Below are positions 14,368-26,395 of a stretch of DNA of 64,000 nucleotides, in pieces. The notes under the pieces were generated by a model, which saw only the letters and a list, made by a program, of their open reading frames with translations, was not told where the DNA came from and did no database searches. Within the stretch, counting starts at the first letter, position 1. The number at the start of each line of letters is the position of its first letter. The position numbers and the translations under genes were made by a program. Source of the DNA: Vicugna vicugna (taxonomy: Eukaryota). The stretch is taken from contig MU058000.1 in NCBI GenBank assembly GCA_013265495.1, positions 1-64,000 on the forward strand. Direction: 5' to 3'.

Positions 14368-15268
14368 GGCCAGCAAACTACAGCCTGTGACAAAATATAG
14401 CCCACTGCCTGTTGGTGTAAACAAAATCTTATTGGAACACAGCCTCATTCATGTTTTTCCTTTTTTTTTTTTTTGTTAAAGTATAGTCAGTTTACAATGC
14501 TGTGTCAGTTTCTGGTGTACAGCATAATGTTTCAGTCATATGTGTACACACATACATTCCTTTTCATATTCTTTTTCATTATAGGTTATTATAAGATATT
14601 GAATATAGTTCCCTGTGCTATGCAGTAGAAACTTGTTACTTATCTATTTTATATACAGTAGTTAGTATCTGCAAATCTCAAACTTCCAATTTATTCTTCT
14701 CACCCCCTTTAATCCCCTGGTAACCATAAGTTTGTTTTCTATGTCTGTGAGTCTGTTTCTGTTTCATAAATAAGTTAATTTGTGTCTTTTTTTTTTTAGA
14801 TTCCATATATGAGTGATATGGTATTTTCTTTCACTTTCTGACATACTTCACTTAGAATGATGATCCCCAGGTCCATCCACGCTGCTGCAGATGGCATTAT
14901 TTTATTCTTTTTTATGGCTGAGTAATATTCCATTTTGTGTGTCTGTGTGTGTGTCACATCTTTATCCAGTCATCTGTCAATGGACATTCAGGCTGTTTCC
15001 ATGTCTTGGCTATTGTAAGTAGTGCTGCTATGAACATTGGGGTGCATGTGTCTTTTTGAATTAGCATTTTCTCTAGATATATGCCCAGGAGTGGGATGGC
15101 TAGATCATAGGTAAGTCTATTTTTAGTCTCATTCACTTTTTTATATACTGCTTATGGCTGCATTTGTGCCACAATGATGGAGCTGAGTAGCTGTAAAAGA
15201 CTGCATGACCCACAAAGTCTAAAATATTTACTATATGGCCCTTTACAGCAAAAGTGTGCCAACTCCTT
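14368..15268 (+). mobile_element. MER58A (hAT-Charlie) split by an L1 insertion
   Basis: Left half gcaaactacagcctgtg...ttattggaacacagc (14368-14460); right half ...aaaatatttactatatggccctttacag...gccaactcct (15128-15268). Confidence 0.8.
14461..15127 (-). mobile_element. Young 5'-truncated L1 with poly(A) and TSD
   Basis: Poly-T at 14461; ORF2 C-terminal remnant YDLAIPLLGIY...TCTPMFIAAL; TSD core ctcattca at 14444-14451 and 15128-15135. Confidence 0.9.
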
Positions 15269-15296
15269 TCTTAGAGCTGTGAGGTAAGTATTTTGG

Positions 15297-15680
15297 CTTA
15301 GTCAGCTGAGGCTGCCGTAACAAAATACCCCAGACTGAGTGATTTAAGCAATAGACATTCACCTTCTCACAGTGCTGGAGGCTGGAAGTCGGGGTGCCCG
15401 CGTGGTTGGTTACTGGTGAGAGTCTTCCTCCTGGCTCACAGGAGGCTGCCATCTCCCTGTGTGCTCCCATGACTGGTGTGAGGTCGGGGGGGGAAGAGTG
15501 AGCAGGAGCTCTCTGATGACTCTTCTTTTAAGGACAATAACCCTACCCTGTCAGGGCCTCACCTTTTCCTTTATTTCACCGTAATTACCTCCTTTTAGGT
15601 TCTTCCTCTATATACAGCCACACTAGGTGTTAGGGCTTCGACATATGAGTTTCGGGGAGACACAATTCAGTCAATAGCTT
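15297..15680 (-). mobile_element. MaLR solo LTR (MLT1-type)
   Basis: ggctgccgtaacaaaataccccagactgagtg...tctcacagtgctggaggctggaagtc...gacacaattcagtc. Confidence 0.85.
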
Positions 15681-16636
15681 ATTTCAAGCCTACCAAATCT
15701 GATTTCATCTGAAATATTTGTAGTCTTTCATTCCCAATGTACTTTTTCTATCGGCCTTCCTAAACATATCGGAAAAAAAGGGTTGAAAACAAAGCACGGT
15801 GGAAACCTTCCTCGATGACCTATGAATAAAGAGACTATCCAGAACTCTTACCCCAAATATTACCCTCAGCAAAGAATTTGAGCCTGGAGAAAAATGAAAT
15901 GACTTCTGGAGGGCAGAACAAATTCCTCCACTGAGAAACTGAAAGACATCTATTAATGGTCCCCAAATGGTAGTTTCCATCATGTGGTTGCCCTTTTATT
16001 TTACCGAGGAAAGCAGCAGTGAATGTACTTGGGGATAATCGGTGACCAAGTGGGGCTAAGATTCAAATAAGCATTGATGGATCCAAGCCGAGTTGAAGGC
16101 CTCATCATTCTTGCACTATTTGCAAAAAGGATATAACTCTACCTCTCCAACAACCGCAGAGTATTTTAAGAGACACTACCTCATTCATCTTCTGAGTGCC
16201 CTTTGAAGTAAGTGTCCCATATTTTATTTCTATTTTATAAGTGGAAAAATCTCGGGCAGAGAGCAGTTATATGCCTCTCCCCAGAGTGAATCAATCACTA
16301 GAAGAACTCAGGACAGAACAATTTTAAGTCCTTTGTTCTCTATGCGTTCAACCACGAATGAGTGTGTTAAAGACCTTTCCATAAATAAAAAGTGTCCTAT
16401 GCTCCTTGGTTAGGTATTACTCACACTACGACCATGGTGCGTATTTCTTGCCATGCCAATATGGTGGGTGACTCTCTCACTTTGGCGCTTTCAAGGATTC
16501 TCTTCTCAATTATTAGTAGAGCAACAAGAACAACAATAGGAAGGAAATGTTAAACTAAAGTAGATTATGGCCAAATCACTGCAATAGTGGATTGAGATCC
16601 CGGCACCATACTGCCTCATGATGTAGAAATGGGTTC

Positions 16637-16655
16637 TAGCACCATCTAGTGGGAG
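16637..16655 (-). promoter_or_regulatory. Candidate CTCF binding site
   Basis: Minus strand reads CTCCCACTAGATGGTGCTA, close to the CTCF core CCASYAGRKGGCRS; in non-repeat sequence. Confidence 0.55.
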
Positions 16656-17122
16656 ACCAAAGTAACTCATTGATTATTAAGAGGGTTATTTGTCATCCTG
16701 AAGGTTTCATTCATCAAGAGGTGTGGTTTATTTCCAGATTACAGCTTCCTTGGGTTTATTCCTAAATAAGCGGGTGTGTCTTTCACTGAAGTCATCGTAG
16801 AAGCACCCCCCAAGTGCTGGGCTTGAGTCACCTGCTGTGATTTCCTTCCCAATAACACAAAGCAAAAAGGGCAAGAGCTGGAAGCGGGACACAGATGAGT
16901 TTAAATCAGTTCCACCGCCAGCTCTTTGATCTCACACAAATTACCTGGTCTCTCCAAGTGCCCATTTCTTCATCAACATCATGAAGTTAGTGTCCATTCA
17001 AAGAGCAGTGGTGATCAATTAAAGGAGATTTTTAGTTTATTCATATTTCTTTATCCAGTGACTCTCAACTAATACTGTTTCTCTTTCCCCTCAAAGAGCC
17101 CTGTAATATTTTCATATTGTAA

Positions 17123-17550
17123 TCTATTAGTTGGTTATGGCCACTGTAACAAAGTATCACAGACTGGATTAAAAAAAATCTTTTTTTTAATTATTTTCTC
17201 ACAGCTCTGGAGACTGGGAAGTCTAAGAGTAAGGTGTCAACAGAGTTAGTCCCTTCTGAGGACATGGGAGAAAGATCTGTCCCAGGCCTCTCTGGTTGAT
17301 GTCTTCTCCTTGTATCTCCTCATATCATCTTCCCTCTGTGTATGTCTGTGTGCAAATTTCCTCTTCTTATAAGGATACTAGTTATACGGTATTGGGGATC
17401 ACCCTTAATGCTCTCATTTTAATGTGATTTCCCCTTTAAAGGCCCTGTCTCCAAATAGTTACATTCGAGGGCACTCGGGCTAGGACTTCAACATACAAAT
17501 TTGTGTATTGCAGGGCAGGGAGCAGACGAGACACAATGTAGCCCACAGCA
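17123..17550 (-). mobile_element. MaLR solo LTR (MLT1B/C-like)
   Basis: ggccactgtaacaaagtatcacagactgg...tcctcttcttataaggatactagt...aggacttcaacata. Confidence 0.85.
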
Positions 17551-18859
17551 AGCACAATAAGCTGACAGCCATGCAGCAAGTAAATAGTAGAGGCAGGGTA
17601 AATCCTAGCCCTAGCCTAGTGTGACGCGGCCATGCTGCCTCCAGAGAGAGGTAAGCAGAATACAGCTTTATAGATCAAGTGAGAGATTCCCCTTTACTTT
17701 CATTTAAGGAAAGCAGTGAGATCTTTTTCCTTCAGGATCACAGGTTTCTGAGATAAAAGGGACTCTACAAGTAAAAATATGTTCTGTTAATTACAGCAGG
17801 TACCCCGGGCAAATAAGAAGGTGGAATCAAAACCACCAAAACCAAATCAAAAATGCTCCATCCCCTAAATGGATAGTGTCAATGATTTCTGAGTTATTAT
17901 GTGACCCACCAGTGCTAAACCAACTTTGGGAAACTTCATTTCAGTATTTTGCTGACTCAGGAAGGGCCTTTTGTAACTTCTCGCTAATCTACAGTACAAT
18001 TCAAAATCTTCAGCTGCTGAAAAACTGTGCTCTCCAGTTCTTATTCTAAGAAAATGTGTCTGCCAGCATTTTCAAAATGTATTTTGTGAGGTGCACATAT
18101 GTTAATGTAAGTATCAGAGACTGTCCACCTCGTTGCTCTCCTATTAAGCAGATTTCCCTTTACAATCTCCTGCATAGCCAGCCTCCGCACTTCAGGTTTA
18201 GAGAGAACAGAATTGCAATGCTTTCCCTGCCTGCCGTACCGTGACTCAACACCATTCTCTCCTTCCTATCTCTTCACCTCAGCTATTCACATGCTTGATA
18301 CCCAGTTTCTCTCTGCCTCGGACAAAATAAAAAGCCATAATAATAAAGCACAAACAGGAGCTTCAGAACCCCGAGCAACTGCACTCTCTAGTTATCATTA
18401 TCGTTACTACCCTCATCTATATTTTAAGTGACTATTTGAGTTGACTTCATAAAAAAGAGAGAAACTCAGTGCAAAGAGCAATATCAAGCAGTACTCAGTT
18501 TTGTGAATCCAAGTAAAGGTGGGTCTGAAAGGTCAGCTATGAATTTTTCTATGTACGGCGTATCATATACAATTTCAAAGGAAGCTGGTTATCTATTTAC
18601 CTGAGGGTCTCCATCCATTTTAAATGCTTGTGGTGAGTCAATGCACATATTCATACACACTGCTTCACCTGGGGAACCTAGCAGGTGCCACGCTCTATCT
18701 CCAGCTTGAACACAGCATTCGATCCTCAGCTATCACCTAGCCGCCTCCCTTAGTTCTAGTCTGCTCTTTATTCCACTTGACAGCTGATCCCTTCCTTTCC
18801 CTGAAGCTGACATGACATATTCCCACTACACAGACATGACTGCTTTTACACCCACCATT

Positions 18860-20250
18860 CACCAGGAAAGAAACTTGGGCTGATCCTAGGTCTGGGTCAG
18901 GGATTACACAAGATGAGCCTGGAGCATCTTGTAGAGCCACAAAGTAAGGACATACTCAAAGAAAAAAGTATTTTAAAAAAAGGATGAAGTCTGTCAAAGG
19001 GATAAAGGGACCAATTTGAAAGAGCTCTGGTGGCCAAATCTGAAGCAATCTGAGCAATAACACAACAGCAACAACAACCAGAATTGGATTATAAGGCAAA
19101 GTATAAAGTAAACATACATGAGTCCATCTCGCTATAAATAAATGACTGAATAATTACATGGAGGAGAAGAGACAAATTTTTCATACAGGAAAGTTACAAA
19201 TAATATCTGTAGATACACCCCCACCCCCCGTTATGGACAAAATGACTGTATCTCATCAAACCTTATATGCTGAAATCTTCGTCCCCAGTGTGATGGTAAA
19301 AGGAGATGGGGCCTTCGGGAGGTGATTAGTTGGAGACTCCATGAGTGGGTAGTGCCCTAATAAAAAAGATTCCAGAGAGTTCTCTCTGCTGTCTGCCATG
19401 TGAGGATGCAACCAGAGAACAGCTGTCTGTGAACCAGGAATTGAGCTCTCATTAGACATCTAATCTGCTAATGCCTTGATCTTGGATTTACTAGCTTCCA
19501 GAACTGTGAGAAACAGATTTTTGTTGTTTACAAGCCACTCAGTCTATGGTATTCTTTTATAGCAGCCTAAACAGACTAAGATATCCTTCCCAAAGGTAGA
19601 GCTTAATCTCCCCACACCCTGCTCTGAATGTGAGCTGGATTTATGACTCAAAGAATAGAGTATGTGAAGGAAAACTTACAGTGGAGAAACTTAGCAAACA
19701 CTAATTTAAGCAAGTGATAAAGTCCACTATCTCCAGTGATAAGTCATGTTGATGCCATGTACTCCCTCATATGATGTAATGAGAAAGGTGTGACACCTCT
19801 GTGATATTCATCCCCCAAAGCCACAACTCCAATATAATCAAAAGAAAAATAGCAGACAAACCTAAACTGAGAAACATCTTATAAAATACCTGAACAGTTC
19901 TCTTCAAAACTGTCAAGGTCATGAAAAATGAGGAAAGAATGAGACAGTCATAGATCAGAGGAGACTAAAGAGATATGACACCTAAATGCAAAGTAGTGTT
20001 CTAGACAGGATCCCGGTACAGAGAAAGGACATCAGTGGGAAAACCTGGGAAAATCTCAATAAGGTCTAGATTTCATTTAATAGTAATATATCAATATTAA
20101 CTTCTTAGGTTTTGGTCTTTGTCCCATGGTTATGTAAGATGCTGACATTGGGGAAACTGGGTAAAGGACATACAGGATTTCTCTGTATTATCTTTGCAAC
20201 TTTTCTAAAATCTAAAAGTACTCTAAAGAGATTATCTTTAAAAGTTAAAA
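18860..20250 (+). mobile_element. L1MC-like 3' region, interrupted by an MLT1 LTR
   Basis: gatgagcctggagcatctt...ctcttcaaaactgtcaaggtcatgaaa...ctctgtattatctttgcaacttttc. Confidence 0.75.
19230..19582 (+). mobile_element. MaLR solo LTR (MLT1A-like) nested in L1MC
   Basis: ccagtgtgatggta...gccactcagtctatggtattcttttatagcagcctaaacagactaaga. Confidence 0.85.
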
Positions 20251-20414
20251 AGCAAAAATAACTCCTTCTTTTTAACATTTGTTCATCTACCTATGACTTT
20301 CATTTACCACTACAGAAACTTTGTTTAGGAAAAGGTATACAAATGGAGAAAATAACCAAAATGAAGACAGCAATAACTTTGGGGGATGGAAGTGTGTTCA
20401 CCTCTGTGTATTAG

Positions 20415-20650
20415 AGATATAATTCACACACCAGAAAATTGACACTTTACAGTGTACAATTCATTGCTTTTTAGTATATTGACAACATTGTGCAATTATC
20501 ACCACTACCTAATTCCAGAACCTCCTTTAAGGTCATGAAGATTTATATCTGTTTTCTCCCAAGACTTCTGTAATTTTAGCTCTTAATTTAGGTCTCTGAT
20601 CTATTTTGAGTTCATCTGTGTACATGGTGTGAGGTAGGGGTCCTCTACAA
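20415..20650 (-). mobile_element. L1 3' end joined to an ORF2 fragment (internally deleted)
   Basis: agtgtacaattcattgctttttagtatatt... followed directly by tttaggtctctgatctattttgagtt. Confidence 0.65.
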
Positions 20651-21769
20651 TACATATTTTTTGTGTTGTTTATGTGGTACCATAAACAGTCATTTGTCTT
20701 AGAACCAAAATGCCAAGGCTGAAACTTCATGTTAAGGCGTTTTCCTCTTCTAGAAGGGTTTCCATTTTCTCACCAGCAATGTGAGGGAATTGAACATCCT
20801 TTATGGAAACTATTTCAATTCTACTTGGGATTTTATAACCACCAAAATTTCTGTTAATTGCAGAGTACATATGAGTTTCTTATACTATGCTCTATTTTTT
20901 TTAATATGTCAAAAAAAATTTAATGGTAGAAACCAATACACAGAACTGTCATTTACTGGGTATTAGACTATCAAGTAAAAACATGTTTTAAAAACTACCA
21001 TCTATTATAATTATAATTTCATAAAAGAATGGTTTACACCAAATAATAGGGGCAACATCATCTTTATATAAAGGAAATGTCTTTAACTGGGGGAAAGATC
21101 AATTTCATAAAAATCTCATGGCCCTGTCTTTCTATTTTTCACTTGGCCATGCACCAGTACTGATCTACAGCCTGGTGTTTGGAAAGCACTGAATCAGATT
21201 ACAACTCTAAGGAATTAGAATTACATTGGCTCAGGTGTGTGATTCATTCTCTTTCTGATAAACACAAGAAACAATAGCATGAATGAGAGGAACTAGATGT
21301 TCTCAGGTAGAATCATGTTGATGCCAAGCTTTCAATAAACCAGACGGTGCTGGGATAAAGAGCATTATGTAAAACTTCAGCTTTATTCACAATATAGTAA
21401 AATTTTCATGAAGTACTCATGACTACAGATTAAATTATAAAAATTGTGAAATGGGGGTGGGGGAATGAGAAGGGAACTGTCATATCCTTTTTTGAGTTTT
21501 TGTTAGGTTTTTTTATTATTGAAATTATTCACAGGCTCAGATGCATTGTAATAAGTTTTAATTCCATGTCTTTAATTAAATATTAATAAAAATTCTAGCA
21601 ATATACAAAAGATAGAATCCAGAAGTAGAGATCATTCATTTATAAGAGCCAACATACTGGAACTTTTTGTGTTGTAAAAACCATCATAATGTGACACTGT
21701 TGATTTATGAATGTTTTGAGGAAAACAGAATTATAATTTCCAAAACAAAAAGTAAAAAATGAAATTGGA

Positions 21770-22080
21770 CTTTCTCTTCTTATCCTTGCCCTCCTAATGA
21801 TCTCTAGACCAACAGCAAGTTAGAGTCTCCACTGAGTCAATAAATTATAGACCTTTTTTTCCAAGCAGAGTGATGGTAAGATTCATAAATTCTGCAAAAG
21901 TAAAGTTGAACATTTTCTGTATATATCCCTTGTACTCAAGAATGAAATGGACATTAAACCAGTACAGCTTTTAATCTATCCTAAATTTCTTGATATCAGT
22001 AGCATTTAATAGCAGTTATGTTTTCTAGGTGATTCTCAGAACTTTTTATCCCCTCTTTCACACCTTTTTGGAACATCAGG
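21770..22080 (+). repeat. Left arm of ~310-bp inverted repeat
   Basis: Reverse-complement match to 23060-23375; e.g. agcaagttagagtctc (21814-21829) vs gagactctaacttgct (23319-23334). Confidence 0.93.
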
Positions 22081-22309
22081 TTTTATCATCTTTACTCAGG
22101 AATTCTGAATTTACAAAATACTTATTTTTGAGTAGGTGATTCCTTAGCATAATCCTGCAAAATGGATCATTTGTAATGCATACATTTTATAGTTGAGAAT
22201 TCTGCATTATTGAAAAATGTCAATGAGTTGCTTTCCTAGACTTCCTCCCTTTCCCTACCCCTGTTTAACACTTTCATTTCTCCCTTACTAGAGTTTAGTT
22301 CACTTTTAA

Positions 22310-22880
22310 TTAATTATTTAGCAAATATTTATTGGGTACCTACCTACCTGCCAAGTGCTAGGCATTATTTTGTGTTATATGGATACAGCAGTGAACAACA
22401 ACAATAAACCAAACCATAGAAAAGGCACTTGGCACAGACGGAGTTTACAGTCAGGAGGACAAGACAGACAATAAACAAAGAAATAAGATAAACGTAAGCA
22501 TATACTATGAAATGAAGGAGACGTGTGATGTGCTATGTGGAAATTAAGAAGAGGCTGATATGACAGAGAGTAACTGAAAGAAAGGTACAACTCTAGAAGG
22601 GGTGGAAAAAGAAAGCCTCTTTGAGGAAAAGGCATTTAAGCCCACATTTGCTCATCAAGAAAGCCAGAGCCAACTAAAGATCTGGGGAAGGAAGAGCAAC
22701 CGGCAAGTGCAAAGCCCTGGAGGCCGGAAGAGTTTCAGCAGGTTCAAGGAAGAAGAGGAAAGCCAGTGTGCCTGAGAAAGTAGAAGAAGCTGAGGTCAGT
22801 AGGTTGTCAGGGCCAGGTTATGCAGGACCATGTCCCATATGGCAAACGGTTTGCAATAGAAAGATGGGAGAGTTTTAAGT
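22310..22880 (-). mobile_element. L2 3' end within the inverted-repeat spacer
   Basis: gcaaatatttattgggtacctac...gatacagcagtgaacaa...caagtgcaaagccctggagg. Confidence 0.8.
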
Positions 22881-23059
22881 CCTATCTTTAGGGGAATATA
22901 AGGAATTTTATTTCAGGAATTCATATAACTCATCACTAATCTACCCTCCAGTTAATCCTACTGTGACCTTATGTCTTCTATTTGGTTCATGGGCTTTTCC
23001 CCTATACCCTGATGCAGGTCCACATTTTATACCTTGACAGCTAGTTTTTCTCTATGTAA

Positions 23060-23375
23060 TCTAACATTCCAAAAAAGTGATGGAGGGGATAATATGAAAT
23101 TTCATAGAACAATCCAGAAAACATACAACTGATACCAAATGCTAATGATATAAAGAAATTTAGGATAGGTACAGAGTTGTACTGGTTTTTATGCCCATGC
23201 CATTTTTGAATACAAAGTGATATACAGAGCAGAAAATGTTCAACCTTACTTCTGCAGAATTAATGAATCTTACCATCCCCTTCCTTGGAAAAAAGGTCTA
23301 AAATCTGTTGAGTTAGTAGAGACTCTAACTTGCTATTGGCCTAGAAATTATTAGGAAGTCAAAGAAAAGAAAGAT
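23060..23375 (-). repeat. Right arm of ~310-bp inverted repeat
   Basis: Reverse complement aligns colinearly with 21770-22080. Confidence 0.93.
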
Positions 23376-25112
23376 GTAACTCTCAGATCCTCCGGGTAAT
23401 ACTTTTAAATATGGACCTTTTCCTAAAGTTTTCTAGCCCATTCAAGACTAGATTCATGCTAACTAAATCCCCATCATTCAGCTGGTGCCCTAAATCTGTT
23501 ACCAAGATCCTGCCTTGCTGGACCACTTTGACACTGACTGGCAGCTGAATTGTCAAGTACTATAAATAGCATGTTCCTTTGCTTGGCTGGACATCTTCCT
23601 TATCTGTTTGGAATAGTTTTAAAATAACAGCTCCCCACATATCCACCCATCCATCTGAGCCCCGAAAGACTGGGGCTTCAGAGCTGAGTTCATTTTCCTG
23701 GTGCTAACCCTCCTGGTCTGGCTGTGTCCTGAGCTCAAAATGTCCTTCTCAAATGCAACACACATCTACAGACACAGGCAGAAACCCAGATAGGATTACC
23801 ATTCCACACTCAGAATCCCTTAGATAACCTCAGTTACTACTGCTTTTCCAAAGTTTGTAACATTCTGCCCTGGAAAATTAGCATTATTTAAGTAAGTGGC
23901 TATTAGAACTTTCTACTACTTTCACACAGAAGTAATGGCTATTTTGTAATTATGTCATTGGATTAAATTTGAACATGCAAAAATAGGATTTTATTCAATA
24001 AATTTTGTAGTATTTAGAAGGGAAGTTATTCCTAAATTCTGGACGCTAAGAACAAATACCAGAGTAATAATTCAATAGCAGTGACCATGTCAATTGAAGA
24101 TGGGGTTTCTGATGTGAGGGTTGAAGTATTTGGGCAGCAAATGGCATGCACATGGGTCAGCAGATCACACTTTCCCTGACCATGCTAGAGTTACTCTGGA
24201 GAGAGTAAAAGGGTTGGGGGTGGGAACAGGTATCTAATCATGGCTCTAGCACGAACTAACCAGCTTCATGTCGTCATTATTGTTTATCTTTTTAGTAAAA
24301 AGGAACAATTTACTCCTTGTCTGAAAAATGGTAAGATGGGAAACTTCTCCAGAATCCAAATGTTTGTTAGAAAATGAAAGCGTCTGTCTTTCAGTTACCC
24401 TCCCACATCCACCTTCCCCTTCCCTTTCATAGTTTTGCTGAAGCAGCAACAAGCAGTGTCCCTGAACCCATGGTGAGACAACACACATAACACTGCCACA
24501 GAGAGAACGGACGGAAACCAGGCCAAGTGGACTAGTGTTTGCCAAAGGATGACCACTTCAGAATCACATTTGTGAAACGGTTCACCAGTGTCATCTGAGA
24601 CCAACTGAGTCAACCAGAACCCCAAGGATCAGTTCAGGATGGCTATACTTTTGGGAGATGGGCTTCAAGAAGTTACCTTGCTGACTCTAATGATACTGAA
24701 GTCTGAAAGGTATTAATAGTAGACACTTTAGCAAAGACAGAGGGAGCCCTGAGGGTAGAGCTGGTGTTGGTAGAAAGTAACTGACCTTGGCAGAGAGAAA
24801 GGATTCAGGAAGTCTGAACTGAGAGGAAATAACAGTAGCATATGTCATCTTCTTTGGTCATGAAAAGGGCTCTTTCCTCACAAATACTTCAGATCCTGAA
24901 GGAGTTATGTAAAAATTACTAAAGACACCACCCCTAGCTTGGAGCAAGGGATCCTTACAGTCAAAGTCACCAGGGAAACAGGGATAATCTGATAGAAAAT
25001 AAGATGCATTGCCTTTGTGACCATAAAGTGAATAGCTAAGGAGTGGAAGTGTATTGGGTTATTGTGACACCAACGCAAGAAGCCACACAGAAAGAATTCT
25101 TCAATAAGAATA

Positions 25113-25395
25113 GCATGCATAGACATAGAAAGCAAACTTGTGGTTATCAGGGGGAAGGTTGGGGGCAGGGATAAATTGGGAGAACGGGGTTTGCAGATAC
25201 TAACTACCATATATAAAATAGAAAAACAATAAGGTCCTACTGTATAGCACAGGGAACTATATTCAATACCTTATAATAGCCTACAATGAAAAAGAATATA
25301 AAAAGGATATATAATATATACATATAATGTATGTGTAACTAAATCACTATGCTGTACACCAGAAATTAATACATTTTTAAACTGACTATACGTCA
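25113..25395 (+). mobile_element. Truncated L1 3' end
   Basis: ctactgtatagcacagggaactatattcaatacc...aactgactatac; flanking repeat agcatgcata at ~25112 and ~25760. Confidence 0.88.
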
Positions 25396-25397
25396 GA

Positions 25398-25752
25398 TTT
25401 TTTTTTTGGTGGCCATAGAGTTGTTTATTATTATTATTATTATTTTGAACTTTTTTTATTGAGTTATAGCCATTTTACAATGTTGTGTCAAATTCCAATG
25501 TAGAGCACAATTTTTCAGTTATACATAAACGTATATATATTCATTGTCACTTTTTTTTTGCTGTGAGCTACCACAAGGTCTTGTATATATTTCCCTGTGC
25601 TATACAGTATAATCTTGTTTATCTATTCTACATATGCCTGTCAGTATCTACAAATTTTGAACTCCCAGTCTGTCCCTTCCTACCCTTCGCCCCCTTGGCA
25701 ACCACAAGTTTGTATTCTATGTCTATGAGTCTGTTTCTGTTTTGTATTTATG
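25398..25752 (-). mobile_element. Young L1 3' end, same subfamily as 61986-62452, with double tail
   Basis: ttttacaatgttgtgtcaaattcc...ttccctgtgctatacagtataatcttg; closely matches the reverse complement of 62156-62440. Confidence 0.9.
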
Positions 25753-26274
25753 AAAAAACAGCATGCATAAAAAAGATACTCTGCTCCAGGCGAGCCAAAA
25801 GCCAGGTAGAATGACTGTTCAAAATAGCCACACTGACTAACGTTAAGGATCTCGTCTTTGTTTCAAAAGCAGAAAATATAGCAAAGAAGCGCATGTTTCT
25901 ACAATGATACTGCCTGTCATACAGACAAGGTGAATCCATATGAGAAGTTTAATTTTTCAGTGTGTATTAATAATTAACTTACTCATTAGCTTTATGAGAC
26001 AGGATTAGTCCCTAACTGGAGAAGAGCAACTGCAAGGCAAATTATTAAAATAACTGATGGAACTTTCTTTCTTGACTTTTAAAAGATAAAGTTTGGCAGC
26101 TCCAGACATTTATATGACTAGTACAAGAAAAGAATGGAGAATTTTTGGTCTTGAAGAACTGGAAAGTGTAACTGCTTTGAGGCATTCAAGGGATGACTGG
26201 ATACTCTGAGTACTGAAGTAGGGTTTTATACAAACACCATGAAGAAAGAATATTTTTAAAGTAGGTATTTTTCT

Positions 26275-26395
26275 CTGGTGGGGGATGCTGATAAGGAGGG
26301 AGACTATGCATGTGTGGGATCGGAGCATATGGGAAATTTCTTTACCTCCCTATCAGTTTTGCTATAAACCTAAAACTGCTCTAAAAACTAAAGTT
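26275..26395 (+). mobile_element. L1MC-type 3' terminus
   Basis: ctggtgggggatgctgataagg...tgctataaacctaaaactgctctaaaaa. Confidence 0.75.

Noticed and set aside
24295..24472. Two small plus-strand exon-like segments (24295-24330, 24433-24472)
   Set aside because: Splice-like signals are present but there is no recognisable peptide or supporting neighbouring exons; compatible with chance.
25485..25814. Apparent paralogous ORF pair with 62181-62402 (MSNS.VEHNFSVIH)
   Set aside because: Both are antisense translations of the same L1 subfamily 3' UTR.
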